A stretch of DNA of 64,000 bases from Planktothrix sp. GU0601_MAG3 (GCA_035193785.1 CP136572.1:4276578-4340577), one strand, 5' to 3'. Counted from the stretch's first letter, positions 20,333 through 31,872 are shown. The notes: generated by a model not told the origin, from the sequence alone. Translations and numbers: made by a program.

Positions 20333-21686
20333 AGGTAACGACCGAGAAAGCCCACGAATTAAGGCGTTGGGATGAATCGGACTGTCTCTTTAGGGGCAGT
20401 CAAGATTAATTAATTAATTAACTAATTGTATGTTATACTATTAATACTAACACCAAAAAATAAATGCTGGTACTAGAAGTAAAGTTAAGCGGAAAAAATT
20501 GGCAGTATGAAGCACTGGATGAAGCTATTCGTACTACTAATTTTGTTCGTAATAAGGCTTTAAGGTACTGGATGGACAATCGCGGTGTTAGCAAAAACGA
20601 TCTGCAAAAACTTTGTGCCACTTTAGCTAAGGAATTTGAGTGGGCTAAAAAACTTAATTCTCAAGCTAGACAAGCTGCTGCTGATCGAGCTTGGATGGGA
20701 ATTTCTCGGTTTTATCAAAACTGTCAAAAACAGAAACCCAAGAAAGGCTACCCAAAATTCAAAAAAAGAGGCAGATCAGTTGAGTATAAACAAACAGGTT
20801 GGTCTCTTTCAGCCGAGCGAAAAAAAATCACATTTACTGATGGCTTTCAAGCCGGAACTTTCAAATTAATCGGTACTCGTGATCTAAATTTCTATCAGCT
20901 TGAGCAAATCAAACGGATTAGGGTTGTTAAAAGAGCCGATGGGTATTACTGTCAATTCTTAATTAAGGTAGATCGTTCCGAGCCACAAGCACCTACGGGT
21001 AAAGCAGTTGGAATTGATTTAGGAATTGAAAGTTTCTACACTGATTCCGAAGCAAATCAAATCGAAAATCCCAGATTCTTGAGAAAGTCAGAGCAGTCCT
21101 TAAAAAGACTACAACGACAAGTTTCTCGAAAAAAGAAAGGCTCTAACAACCGCCAGAAAGCCATTAATAAGATGGCGAGAAAACACCTTCATGTCAGTAG
21201 GCAACGTCGAGAATTTGCAGTCAAAATTGCACGGCGTTTAGTAACATCTAGCGATGTGATTGTCTATGAAGATTTAAAAGTGTGTAATTTAGTTAAGAAT
21301 CATAAACTGGCTAAATCAATCTCAGATGCAGCGTGGTCAATGTTCACAGATTGGGTAGATTATTTTGCGAAAATACATGGAGTTCATGTATTTGCAGTAG
21401 CACCCCATTTCACATCTCAGGATTGTCATCAATGTGGTAAGAGAGTAGAAAAATCTTTATCAACTCGTACTCATAAATGTCCTAATTGTGGATTAGTTGA
21501 ACATCGAGATTTAAACGCGGCAAAAAATATTTTAGCAAGAGGATTAGGATTAAAAAATACGGTGGGGCACACCGAAATTTCTACGCTTGAGGAGACTGAA
21601 CCTCTGGCTAGTTCTGAGCAATCAGAATTGGTTAAGTGCGGTCATTGATTCAAGAATCCCATCGCCTTTAGGCATGGGAGTGTCAA
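20333..21686 (+). mobile_element. Complete TnpB-only IS200/IS605 (IS1341-type) element with IS608-like ends
   Basis: TTAC at 20329-20332, 18 nt, AAAG then left hairpin CCCACG...CGTTGGG; right end GAAT-CCCATCGCCTTTAGGCATGGG-AGTG-TCAA; no tnpA. Confidence 0.88.
20464..21648 (+). CDS. tnpB: RNA-guided endonuclease TnpB, intact
   Basis: 394 aa; GIDLG, VYEDL, CHQC..CPNC, RDLNAA. Confidence 0.95.
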   Translation: MLVLEVKLSGKNWQYEALDEAIRTTNFVRNKALRYWMDNRGVSKNDLQKLCATLAKEFEWAKKLNSQARQAAADRAWMGISRFYQNCQKQKPKKGYPKFKKRGRSVEYKQTGWSLSAERKKITFTDGFQAGTFKLIGTRDLNFYQLEQIKRIRVVKRADGYYCQFLIKVDRSEPQAPTGKAVGIDLGIESFYTDSEANQIENPRFLRKSEQSLKRLQRQVSRKKKGSNNRQKAINKMARKHLHVSRQRREFAVKIARRLVTSSDVIVYEDLKVCNLVKNHKLAKSISDAAWSMFTDWVDYFAKIHGVHVFAVAPHFTSQDCHQCGKRVEKSLSTRTHKCPNCGLVEHRDLNAAKNILARGLGLKNTVGHTEISTLEETEPLASSEQSELVKCGH

Positions 21687-21728
21687 AGCTTAATATATTT
21701 AATTTACTTTCCTAGCCGCTTGTAATTG

Positions 21729-22305
21729 CTATGAAAGAAAAACAGATGATTTCAAAATAATACAATGACGGCCCGGACGTTGAATTAATTCATCCTGTTC
21801 AAGTTTAATCATCATGCGGGTGACACTTACCCTGGTCATCCCAATTAAATTAGAAATATCAGCATGGGTTAAACGTAAATCAATTAATAATCCTTCGGGT
21901 GTCAAACGACCAAATTTTTTTCCCAGCCATTTTAAACAATTCAATAAACGCTGTTTCTGTTCCTTGGATGTGGAGAATACTTTGTAGTTCTTCTGTTTGG
22001 CGCAGATGGGTTAAAATTTTATCCTGATAATCTGACCAATGAGTTGAGGGGATAACGCTAACTTCAACGGAGCTAACACATTCAATTTGATAGGGGTCAA
22101 GTTGAGATAGGGGTCTACCGACAATATCATTATGTCCCCAATATCCTAAACTAATTAGAGTTCCGTCTTCCTTCCAGGTGAGGGTACGCACGACACCTCT
22201 TTCAATTTTCCACAGGGTATTAGGCCAGAGGGGGATTTGTTCCCTGGGGTTAAAGGTAAGGGGTCTGGAGGTTAAGGTAGGATTAACAAGGGTTGAAATA
22301 TTCAC
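21729..22305 (-). CDS. Crp/Fnr family regulator (short CysR/PtrA-like type); apparent frameshift at about 21955
   Basis: WKIERGVVRTLTW.EDG..ISLGYWG; LTHADI..IGMTRVSVTR HTH; removing one A gives IQGTEQRLLNC. Confidence 0.85.
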
Positions 22306-22345
22306 GGGAAGTTCCTTGAATGCTTACTCCTAACCTAAAGGCTTG

Positions 22346-22375
22346 AGGTTAAATTCAGATTCAGTCTCGGTTAAA
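22346..22375 (-). promoter_or_regulatory. Putative Pho box (SphR site) upstream of the Crp-family gene
   Basis: Minus strand TTTAACCG-aga-CTGAATCT-gaa-TTTAACCT, 8-3-8-3-8 spacing. Confidence 0.6.
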
Positions 22376-22464
22376 GTTCTCTGACATTTCAAAAATAGGA
22401 CTAGAATGAAATAGAATCTGACGGTCTAAAAAATAATCGAGGACAATCCAATACATTTATTAAC

Positions 22465-22477
22465 TATCAATTTGATA
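22465..22477. promoter_or_regulatory. Perfect inverted repeat abutting padR start, candidate operator
   Basis: TATCAA-T-TTGATA two bases before ATG 22480. Confidence 0.5.
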
Positions 22478-22479
22478 TA

Positions 22480-23052
22480 ATGTTAGAGTTATCTGCCCTA
22501 GGACTATTACAACAAGAACCTTTACATGGCTACCGACTCAAACAACGGCTGGAGTTGTTTCTTAGTAGTGCTATGAGCGTTAACTATGGAGCGATTTATC
22601 CCTTGCTCAAACGTTTAGAAGAACGGGGTCAGGTTCAGGTGTTGTTGGAGGAGTCTGGGGACGCAGGAGCGAGTCGCAGAATTTATGCCGTAACTGAGGC
22701 TGGATGCGATCACTGGCGGGAAAAAATGTTGGAACATCCGCAAGAAAGCTGGGTTAAAAGTCGCGCTCGATTTTTAGTTAAGTATTTCTTTTTCGGAAGT
22801 TTAGAACCCGGGGAACGAGTCCAACTGATTGAGAGCCGTTTAAGGGTTTGTCATCAGCGACAAACTTATTTGAATAGTCAAGAAATGGGAAAGTTGGTAG
22901 CGGACTCTTTTCAAGTAGCCACTTGGGAACGGGCTCGGTTCATGCTGAAGTCCGAAATGGATTGGCTTCAGGAATGTTTAGAAAAAGAACAATCTGGTGC
23001 TTTGACATCTACCTCCAGAAAGGTGTTAACTGAGTTTAATGTTATATTGTAA
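22480..23052 (+). CDS. PadR family transcriptional regulator
   Basis: LGLL...PLHGYRLK, YGAIYPLLKRLE, RRIYAVTEAG. Confidence 0.92.
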   Translation: MLELSALGLLQQEPLHGYRLKQRLELFLSSAMSVNYGAIYPLLKRLEERGQVQVLLEESGDAGASRRIYAVTEAGCDHWREKMLEHPQESWVKSRARFLVKYFFFGSLEPGERVQLIESRLRVCHQRQTYLNSQEMGKLVADSFQVATWERARFMLKSEMDWLQECLEKEQSGALTSTSRKVLTEFNVIL

Positions 23053-23132
23053 GTTGAGACTTTCACTCTGATTTTATCTGAATTCAATTATCATTTTTCT
23101 CCGTAAAAAACAACCTCAATCTTGGCTAAACA

Positions 23133-24728
23133 ATGTCTAATTTTCCCTCTCCAAAATCTACCTTAAAAGAACAGAATCAGGAATGGATTCAGCCAGAAAA
23201 TCGGCGAGAAGAATCTGATTCTCCGGCTAAATCTTTCCCCATAAAAATAGCCCCAGAAACCGAGGCTTCTAAAACCGGATGGTTCCAAATTTTACTGGTT
23301 ACTTCCATGGCATTGGGGATTGGTTTTATCGGGGGACAATGGTGGCAAGCTACACCGAAAGATGGGGATAAACCAACGGCAGAAAGACCGAATCGGGCTA
23401 GAGAAAATAAGGTTAAAATTGCTGCGGTAGAAACCTTGAATTTTGAGGAAACCTCTGATTTTGTAGGGACATTAGAGGCAAAAAGGGCGGCAGATATTAA
23501 GCCAGAAATTGAGGGCCGAATTACCGAAATTTTAGTAAGTTCAGGGCAGATTATTCAACAGGGAGAAGCGATCGCTCGCCTCAAAAGTGATAGTGTAGAA
23601 TCGAGTTTAAATCAAGCTAAAGCCAATTTAGTTCGGACTCAGGCTCGTTTAGAGGAACTAAAAGCCGGAAGTCGTCCTGAAGAAATTGCTCAGGGAAGGG
23701 CAAAATTAGCCGAAGCAAAAGCCAGATTAGTCGATGCGGAATCCGGTGGTTTATTAGCAGAAATTAATCAAGCCAAGGCTCAAATAGATTCAATTAGAGC
23801 CGATGCTGAATTAGCAGAAAATCGGGTAAATCGTTTTAAAGATTTAAGCGAATCTGGGGCAATTTCTCAGGATCAATTTGATGCTTTATCCTCTCAAAAA
23901 AATAGTGCTAATGCGAATTTACAAGCTGCTAAACGCCGTTTAGAACAATTACAAAAAAATCGACAATCAGAAATCAATCTCCGTCAAGCCGTTATTGAAC
24001 AGGAAAAACAGGCTTTAAAACAATTAGAAAATGGGACTCGAATTCAAGAAATTCAACAGGCGGAAGCCCAGGTTGCGGAAGCAGCGGCTCAAGTTCGCAA
24101 TATTGAATTAGATTTGCAAGAAACCGCCGTTTTAGCACCCTTTACTGGGGTAGTTGGTGATGTGGGAATTAAGGTGGGAGATTATGTTAGTAAAGGAGAT
24201 ATTCTCACCCGTTTAACCGCAAATGATCAGTTAGAATTACGCTTACCCGTAACCTTAGAACACAAAGAGGATCTCAAGTTAGGATTATCGGTGAACATGG
24301 TTGATGCTCAGGGAAAAGTATTAGCTAATGGACGAATTAGTTTTATCTCTCCTTCGGTAAATCAAGACTCCCAAACGATTTTAGCTAAAGCCAGTTTTGA
24401 TAATTCTCAAGGATTATTTAAAGATGGTCAATTTGTGCGGGCTGAAGTGGTTTGGAAACAAACACTAAATGCCGTTGTAATTCCGATGACCGCCGTTCAA
24501 TTCCAAGGTAATCAACGATTTGTATTTTTGGCTGAAGGCGAAGAAAAATTAACGGCCAAAAAACAACCTATTAAATTAGGTTTAATTCAAAAAGATCAGG
24601 CGGAAATATTAGAAGGACTCAAACCCGGACAGAAATTGATTATTTCCGGTACACAAAAATTATCCGATGGTGCAGCTATTAATATTTTACCTGCTAATTC
24701 CGATCAGACTTCCAATGGCAAACGTTAA
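23133..24728 (+). CDS. RND efflux membrane fusion (periplasmic adaptor) protein
   Basis: N-terminal TM, I.PEIEGRI lipoyl half, long coiled coil, LAPFTG, upstream of RND permease. Confidence 0.92.
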   Translation: MSNFPSPKSTLKEQNQEWIQPENRREESDSPAKSFPIKIAPETEASKTGWFQILLVTSMALGIGFIGGQWWQATPKDGDKPTAERPNRARENKVKIAAVETLNFEETSDFVGTLEAKRAADIKPEIEGRITEILVSSGQIIQQGEAIARLKSDSVESSLNQAKANLVRTQARLEELKAGSRPEEIAQGRAKLAEAKARLVDAESGGLLAEINQAKAQIDSIRADAELAENRVNRFKDLSESGAISQDQFDALSSQKNSANANLQAAKRRLEQLQKNRQSEINLRQAVIEQEKQALKQLENGTRIQEIQQAEAQVAEAAAQVRNIELDLQETAVLAPFTGVVGDVGIKVGDYVSKGDILTRLTANDQLELRLPVTLEHKEDLKLGLSVNMVDAQGKVLANGRISFISPSVNQDSQTILAKASFDNSQGLFKDGQFVRAEVVWKQTLNAVVIPMTAVQFQGNQRFVFLAEGEEKLTAKKQPIKLGLIQKDQAEILEGLKPGQKLIISGTQKLSDGAAINILPANSDQTSNGKR

Positions 24729-24794
24729 GGAGGGTTGTTGACTGCTGATTGAAGCCCTAAAGGGCTTACTACAAACATCCAATAACCTAATAAT

Positions 24795-27700
24795 ATGTTT
24801 ACTCATTTTTTCATCAAAAGACCTGTTTTTGCTTCGGTTTGTTCGTTGTTGATTATTATTTTAGGAATGGTGGGTTATACTCGCCTTCCGGTGCAGGAAT
24901 ATCCTAAGATTGATCCGCCGATTGTGACCGTAAGCACCAACTATCCGGGGGCAAGTCCCCAGGTCGTAGAAACGGAAGTTACGGAGATTTTAGAAGCACA
25001 AATTAACGGCATTGCTGGCATTAAAACCCTAACTTCTAATAGTCGAGAAGGAAGCAGTTCTATTTCAGTGGAATTTGAATTAAATCGAGATTTAGAAGTC
25101 GCCGCCCAAGAAGTTAGAACTCGGGTAGCAAGGGCGGCTAGAAGATTACCCGATGAAGTCGATGAACCAACCGTAGAAAAGCGTTCTGGAGATGATGAAA
25201 GAATTTTATGGGTGGGATTCTTTTCCGAGAATTTATCTCCTTTAGAATTAAGCAATTATGCCGATCTTTATATTAAAAATACCTTAGAAACCGTTGATGG
25301 TGTAAATAGCATTTTCATTGCCGGAGAACGCCGTTATGCCATGCTATTATGGTTAAATCCGGTGCAAATGGCAGCCCGTCAAATCAGTGCTTTAGATGTG
25401 GAACAAGCCCTGAGACGACAAAATATTGAAATTCCTAGTGGTCGAATTGAAGGCAAAGAAACGGAATATCCGGTGAGAACTTTAGGAAGATTACAAACCC
25501 CTCAAGATTATGAAGACCTAATTATTAAGCGCAATGATAATGGCTCTCAGGTAAAAATTCGAGATGTTGGACGAGTAGAAATTGGAGCAAGAGATGATCG
25601 AACAGTTGCCCGTTTTAATGGAAAACCTGCGGTTTCCATGGGCATTAGTAAACTAGCAGACGCTAATTTAATTGAAGTAGTTCGGGGAATTAAAGCTCAA
25701 TTAGCGGAATTAGAAAAAAGTTTTCCCGAAGGGCTCAGATATGAAATTGCTGTAGATTATTCTGAATTTGTCGAATTGGCTATTGAAGAAGTTTGGATTA
25801 GTTTGTTAATCTCGATTTCTCTAGTCGTTTTAATTATCTTCCTATTCTTGAAAAATTGGAGGGCTACGTTAATTCCAGCCATCACCATTCCTATTTCTTT
25901 AATTGGGGCTTTTAGTGTGATGTTTTTTCTGGGATTTTCGATTAATACCCTCACCCTATTTGCCTTAACTTTAGCCACGGGTTTAGTGGTGGATGATACG
26001 ATTGTGGTCTTAGAAAATATCATCCGTTATATGGAAGAAAAACGGCTAGAAACCCTTCCCGGCAACCTACGGCGCCGTGGGGGAAGTGGTATTTGCGGTA
26101 ATTGCCACAACGGTTGTTTTAGTAGCGGTGTTTGTTCCCGTCGCCTTTGCTGGGGGAGCAACGGGACGATTATTTAATGAATTTGCCTTGACCTTAGCGG
26201 GTTCGGTGGTCTTTTCTACTATTGTGGCTTTAACCTTAGCTCCCCCCCTAGCCGCCCGTTTATTGCGTCACGAAACCGAGCCCCGGGGATTGATGAAAAT
26301 TTTATCTTTCCCCCTAGATGTTTTTGAATGGGTTTTAAATCAAGTCATCGCTATTTATGCTTGGACATTAAACATATTAATGGCAATTAAACCCCTTGTT
26401 ATTTTGGGATTTATTGCCAGTTTAGGATTAACAGCTTGGTTATTTTTACAGTTGCCCCAGGGATTTTTACCCACGGAAGATCGAGGTCGAATTTTTACCC
26501 CAATTACCGCTCCTGAAGGCGTGAGTATTAACTATACTAACCGAGTGGTTCAGCAGGTTGAAAACATCTTTAGTCAAGTCCCAGAAATTAGAAGTTATTT
26601 TGCCATTGCTGGTTCTAGTCGAGGTGTTTCCCAAGGAAATAGAGGGTTCTCTTTTGCCCGTTTAACACCCTGGTCTGAACGCCCGGAAGCTGAACAATCT
26701 CAACAATCTATTGTGGGGAAATTATTAGGTAAATTTTCAGCAATTACCGATGCCCTAGTCTTCGCTACAAACCCCGGGGGATTACCCGGAGGCGGTCAAG
26801 GTCAACCGATCCAATTTGTCTTACAAGGTCGGGATTTAGAACAATTGGCAAATGTTTCGGAAGAATTTGTAATTCAAGCCAGAAATTTACCCGAAGTGGT
26901 TAATATTGATACTAATTTAAAACTGAATAAACCGGAATTAGTGATTAGTGTAGATCGTTCCCAAGCTGGAAATTTAGGAGTATCTGTACAGGATATTGCC
27001 CGCACTTTACAAATTTTGGTTGGGGGTCAGGAAATTACCAGTTTTAATCAGGGAAATCAACGCTATGAAGTGGTGGTTTCGGGCCGAGGAACAATATCGA
27101 GCAAATCCCGAGGATTTAAAGCAATTATATGTGCGTTCCCAACAGGGAGAAATGATTGCTTTGAGTAATTTAGTCACCATTTCCACCGCTACAACACCCC
27201 CTCAAATTAACCATTTTAATCGCTTTCGTTCTGCAACTTTAGAAGGAAGTCCAGCCCAGGGAGTTAGTTTAGGCGTGGCGTTAAATGCTTTGGAAAATTT
27301 AGCTAAGGATATTTTGCCACCGGATATGCGCACCTCTTTTTCCGGGGAATCTTTAGAATTTAAAGAGGCGGGTCAATCGACTAATTTTATTTTCGCCCTT
27401 GCCTTAGTTTTTATTTTCCTAACCTTAGCTGCCCAATTTGAAAGTTATATTGACCCGATGATTATTCTATTAGCGGTGCCTCTGTCATTATTAGGGGCAT
27501 TTGGGGCACTGTGGATAGCACAATTAGAGTTAAATGCCTTTAGTCGAATTGGGTTGATTATGTTAATAGGATTAGCAACTAAAAACTCAATTTTAATTGT
27601 GGAATTTGCTAACCAATTACGAGAACAGGGTTTATCAATTCAACAGGCTGCAATTGAAGCCTGTCGCTTACGATTTCGCCCAATTATGATGACGGCATTA

Positions 27701-28036
27701 TCAACTATTTTAGGGGTGATGCCCCTAGCTTTTGCCACCGGGGCGGGGGCTGCGAGTCGGGTCGCCATTGGCATGGCGGTGATGGGGGGAATGTTGGTTT
27801 CTACGTTTTTGAGTCTCTATATTATTCCGGTTTTTTATGTGATTGCCACCAGTCTCCAATCCCGTTTAATTGGGCATAATTCTCAATCCCAACATTTAGA
27901 AAATGTTGTGCTGAATGCAGATAAAGGATCTTATTCTAATGGCAATGGTCATAATAATGGAAAGGGAAATCCTACATCTCATCAGGATCAACTTACAAAA
28001 TCTTCACAAATTTCTGATCAAACTCGGCATTTGTAA
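24795..28036 (+). CDS. RND efflux permease (AcrB/HAE1 family); apparent frameshifts at about 26051 and 27078
   Basis: FIKRPVFA, GLVVDDTIVVLENI, LAAQFES, GLATKNSILIVEFA, RFRPIMMT over three ORFs. Confidence 0.93.
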
Positions 28037-28312
28037 AGGAATCTTGTTGATGATTTTGACAACTTATCTACTTGTGGTAAATGGGACAATATGTGTATAA
28101 TTAAGTTAACATAACTTAGTTTATAAATTTTTAAGTTATGATGATTTGATAACATCACAAGATTAATGATTCTTATGGAGGTTGCACGAAAGTATCAGGA
28201 AAAGTCTATCTAACGTTAGAAAGATAGATTACTTACCCAGTGCCTCAACCCTTGGCTGAAAAGCTAAGAATTTTCCAAACAGTCCTTTAAAACCCAACTT
28301 TAATACAAGATC

Positions 28313-28573
28313 ATGCAAACCGTAAACTTGCCTGTAGATTCGATGAAGATTCAGATTTTGTGCGGTTATAAAAACCCCACCAAACAGGTGCAAATTCTGC
28401 GGATGGAAACTACAGTTCGGGGTTATTTTGAACGGGTTATTTTTCCAGGGGAATATTGCTTATTTGTCGGGGAATCTAATATAGATTTGGAGGTTTACTC
28501 TAGTGGAGATCCTACCCGGATAGAAATGGAAAAAATTCCTTGTGATGCGTTAAAAGTTGAAGAAACCGAATAA
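28313..28573 (+). CDS. Small cyanobacterial protein (DUF1830-like)
   Basis: LCGYKNPT..VQILR, YFERVIFPGE, IPC..L.V pattern. Confidence 0.7.
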   Translation: MQTVNLPVDSMKIQILCGYKNPTKQVQILRMETTVRGYFERVIFPGEYCLFVGESNIDLEVYSSGDPTRIEMEKIPCDALKVEETE

Positions 28574-28584
28574 CTTTCTAACTT

Positions 28585-28799
28585 CGTAGTGAGGCGTTTA
28601 CGCCTCAATTCATCGTAGTGAGGCGTTTACGCCTCAATTCATCGTAGTGAGGCGTTTACGCCTCAATTCATCGTAGTGAGGCGTAAACGCCTCAATTCTT
28701 ACCCAAAGATCAAGAGGAGGCGTGAAACGCCTCACTACGCGGCGTTTACGCCTCAATTCTGACTCAAAGATCAAGAGGAGGCGTGAACGCCTCACTACG
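28585..28799. repeat. REP/BIME-like cluster of CGTAGTGAGGCGTTTACGCCTC palindromes
   Basis: Three exact 29-bp tandem units, a fourth near-copy, a partial copy and two inverted copies (GAGGCGTGAACGCCTCACTACG). Confidence 0.85.
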
Positions 28800-28815
28800 G
28801 GGAAATGGAGTTATA

Positions 28816-30544
28816 TTACAACAGTTGGTATTTTGAGCGAGCATATTGATATAATCTTCGCCAAACTAAACGGTTAGTTAAAACTACTAATAAAGACATG
28901 ACAACGGTAGAAGCAAACAACAGGGAATAGTTTCCGGTTTCCGTTGCTTGAGAAATTAGTGATCCCAGTCCAGGGGTCGTTAAAGTTTGGTTTTGAAACT
29001 GAACATATTCGCTAACAATACTAGCATTCCAAGCACCACCAACGGCCGTAATCATCCCTGTAATTAAATAGGGAAAAATTCCAGGTAAAATCACGGTTTT
29101 CCATCGCTGTACTAAAGAGAGTTTATAAATACTGGCGGCTTCAAATAACTCCGAGGGAATAGCCTGGGCTCCGGCAATTACATTAAATAAGATATACCAC
29201 ATTGTTCCTAACATCATCAGTGCCACAGAACCAATTTGTAAACCCCCTCCTAAACGGGCTAAAAATAGTAATAAAACCGGAAATAAAGCCGTTGCTGGAA
29301 CCGAGGCTGCAATTTGAACTAAGGGCTGTAAACTCTGGGCTAGTCGAGGATTTCTGCCAATGGCAACGCCCACGGGGACAGTCCATAATAGGGATAAACA
29401 TAGGGCGATAACTACTCGTAAAGCGGTTAAAATAGCACCGACCATGATCTGTTTCCAGTCTTGAAAATCTAGTTTTTGTAAGAGTAAAACCGATTCCCAA
29501 GTTCCCCATATAATTATAAATCCAAACCCCGTTAAAAATAGGCGATTCCACCAACGTTTATTGGGGTTTACTGATAAATTCAAGGTTGAATTACGATGGG
29601 ATTTTCCGATGGGCGCATCAATTTTTTCTGACCAAAAATATCCCAAGCGTTCCGTTAAAATTCTCAGAGTTGGAGAACGTCGCAGGAAATCTAATACAAT
29701 AGATTGGGGAACATTTTGGGATTCAACGGTTTCTAACTTGAATTTTTCAGCCCAAGCAATTAGGGGCTTCCATACCAAAAAATCGAGGATAATAATAATT
29801 CCAATTAAAACCGCTACTCCCCAAGCAATGGCGGTGAAATCTCCTTGATCGGAGGCTTGGGCTAAAAACGATCCTAGCCCGGGAAGTCGAAAACTGCGCT
29901 CACCCAGGGTAAAGGATTCAATTGCCATCAAAAAAAACCAACCTCCGGCAACGGACATGACACTATTCCAGACTAATCCTAGGATTCCCGAAGGTAATTC
30001 TACTGACCAAAACCGTTGCCAAAAACTGAGATTATAGACCCGAGCGACTTCTAATAATTCCTGGGGAATACTCAATAAAGATTGATAAAAACTAAAAACT
30101 AAATTCCAAGTCATCCCGGTAAAAATTAAGATAATAGCAGCAAATTCAACTCCAATTCTTTGACCAGGAAATAAAGCAATTAAAGCCAGAACCACCCCAG
30201 GTAAAAAAGATAAAACCGGAATTGATTGTAAAATATCTAATAGGGGAATTAAAATTTTTGCAGCCGAGGCAGAACGATAGGCAAAATAGGCGTAAACTAA
30301 ACTAAAAATCAAAGATAAAAAATAGGCTAATCCCATCCTTAATAGGGTTTGGGCCGTATAACTTGGCAGTTGACCTAAATTTGTAGAGATGATCACATCG
30401 GGTTTCATAATCTCCTACCAATTGGGAAGCAGTGCGAATAATCACTAAAATTACTGTAATAATAGCTAAAATTAATAAGCCATCCTGCCAGGTCAAACGG
30501 GAGTGTTCTAAGGTTTTATTTTTAGGAATCAAAGGACGAGCCAT
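28816..30544 (-). CDS. NitT/TauT-family ABC transporter permease (duplicated domain); apparent frameshift at about 30404
   Basis: LDILQSIPVLSF, MSVAGGWFFL, AVGGAWNASIVSE; N-terminus in ORF 30302-30544. Confidence 0.88.
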
Positions 30545-30549
30545 GCTAT

Positions 30550-31872
30550 TTATTCCTCCGGTGTGGTTAAATTAAAATCAGATGTTTCTAAAAATACTTC
30601 GCCGCTGGGTTCATCATAGGCATAGAGTTCTGCATAACGTCCCCAGTCAATGGCGGTATTTAACTGGCGTTGAGCTTCTTTTGGACTAAAATGATTATTC
30701 AAAATATCTAATACTAAATCTTCAGGAATCCGATGATTTTGTTTGGATTGACAAAGAGTATATATTTGTTGAACTAGACGAATATGACTGAGTAATTGTT
30801 GTCGAATAATTTGTTTGCGATCGTCAATATTTCCCTGAATAAATTCTAAGGCGATCTCCGTCAGACTCAAATCTCCCTCTCTAATTTTGATTAAAGCCGT
30901 GAATTCTGCGGCTTCAACAATGGGGAGTAAATCATCAACTTCTAGTTGTAGTTCTTGTCCCAAACGGTATAAATCAAGGTTTTGTCTTCCTTCTAAAATT
31001 TCTAATAAACCGGCAACAGAGCCAATCCGAACATTAGGTAAAGATTGATATTTACTAGGAATATTAGTAACGTTTTTTTGGGGTTCTAAGGTTTCTAACT
31101 CAGGGTTAGTCAGGATTTTATAAACTTGATCTACTAAGGCTTGAAAACCGGGACTTTTTCGATCGCGATAATGGCTTAATTTAATCGTTAAATTTGCTCG
31201 AATTCTACCCGGATTTCTCCCTAAAACAATCACTCTATCCGCTAAGGTGATCGCTTCTTCAATCCCATGGGTTACAATTAAAATTCCCTGGGTGGGAATC
31301 CGTTTTTCTAACCACAAATCTAAGAGTTCAATTCGCAGGTTTTCTGCGGTTAAAACATCTAGGGCGGAGAAGGGTTCATCCATACATAATAGTTCCGGTT
31401 CAACGGCTAGGGCCCTAGCAAAGCCAACCCGTTGTCGCATTCCCCCGGATAGTTCTTTAGGATAGGCATTTTCAAATCCATCTAAACCAATAATATCGAT
31501 CATTTTTAAGGCTCTTTGTCGTCGCCAGTCCACGGGAAATCCCCTAGCTTTTAATCCTAATTCGACATTTTCTAAAACCGTTAACCAAGGGTAAAGGGCA
31601 AAACTTTGGAAGACAATTGCCACCCCGGGATTAATTCCAATTAATGGTTTTCCATGACAGAGAACCTGTCCTTGGGTGGGGGAAATTAACCCGGCAATGA
31701 TTCGCATTAAAGTGGATTTTCCCGAACCAGAAGGCCCTAATAGGGCAATGATTTCACCTCGGCGCAATTCTAAATTGATGTTATTGAGAATCGGAATTTC
31801 TTGACCATTGGGCTGTTGATAGGATTTACCAACGTCTTGAAGGATGACCAAAGGTTTCTGTTTGGGAATCAC
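30550..31872 (-). CDS. NitT/TauT-family ABC transporter ATP-binding protein with C-terminal AAA-associated domain
   Basis: GPSGSGKST, LSGGMRQR, MDEPFSALD, C-terminal IDWGRYAE. Confidence 0.92.
   Translation of the reverse strand: MIPKQKPLVILQDVGKSYQQPNGQEIPILNNINLELRRGEIIALLGPSGSGKSTLMRIIAGLISPTQGQVLCHGKPLIGINPGVAIVFQSFALYPWLTVLENVELGLKARGFPVDWRRQRALKMIDIIGLDGFENAYPKELSGGMRQRVGFARALAVEPELLCMDEPFSALDVLTAENLRIELLDLWLEKRIPTQGILIVTHGIEEAITLADRVIVLGRNPGRIRANLTIKLSHYRDRKSPGFQALVDQVYKILTNPELETLEPQKNVTNIPSKYQSLPNVRIGSVAGLLEILEGRQNLDLYRLGQELQLEVDDLLPIVEAAEFTALIKIREGDLSLTEIALEFIQGNIDDRKQIIRQQLLSHIRLVQQIYTLCQSKQNHRIPEDLVLDILNNHFSPKEAQRQLNTAIDWGRYAELYAYDEPSGEVFLETSDFNLTTPEE

Noticed and set aside
28141..28230. 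CRP/FNR-like box and TCTATCT...AGATAGA inverted repeat upstream of the DUF1830-like gene
   Set aside because: Half-site spacing does not match the CRP or FNR consensus; cannot assign a regulator
28585..28799. Possible CRISPR array
   Set aside because: Units are directly tandem or inverted with no unique spacers, and no cas genes are nearby; it fits REP repeats
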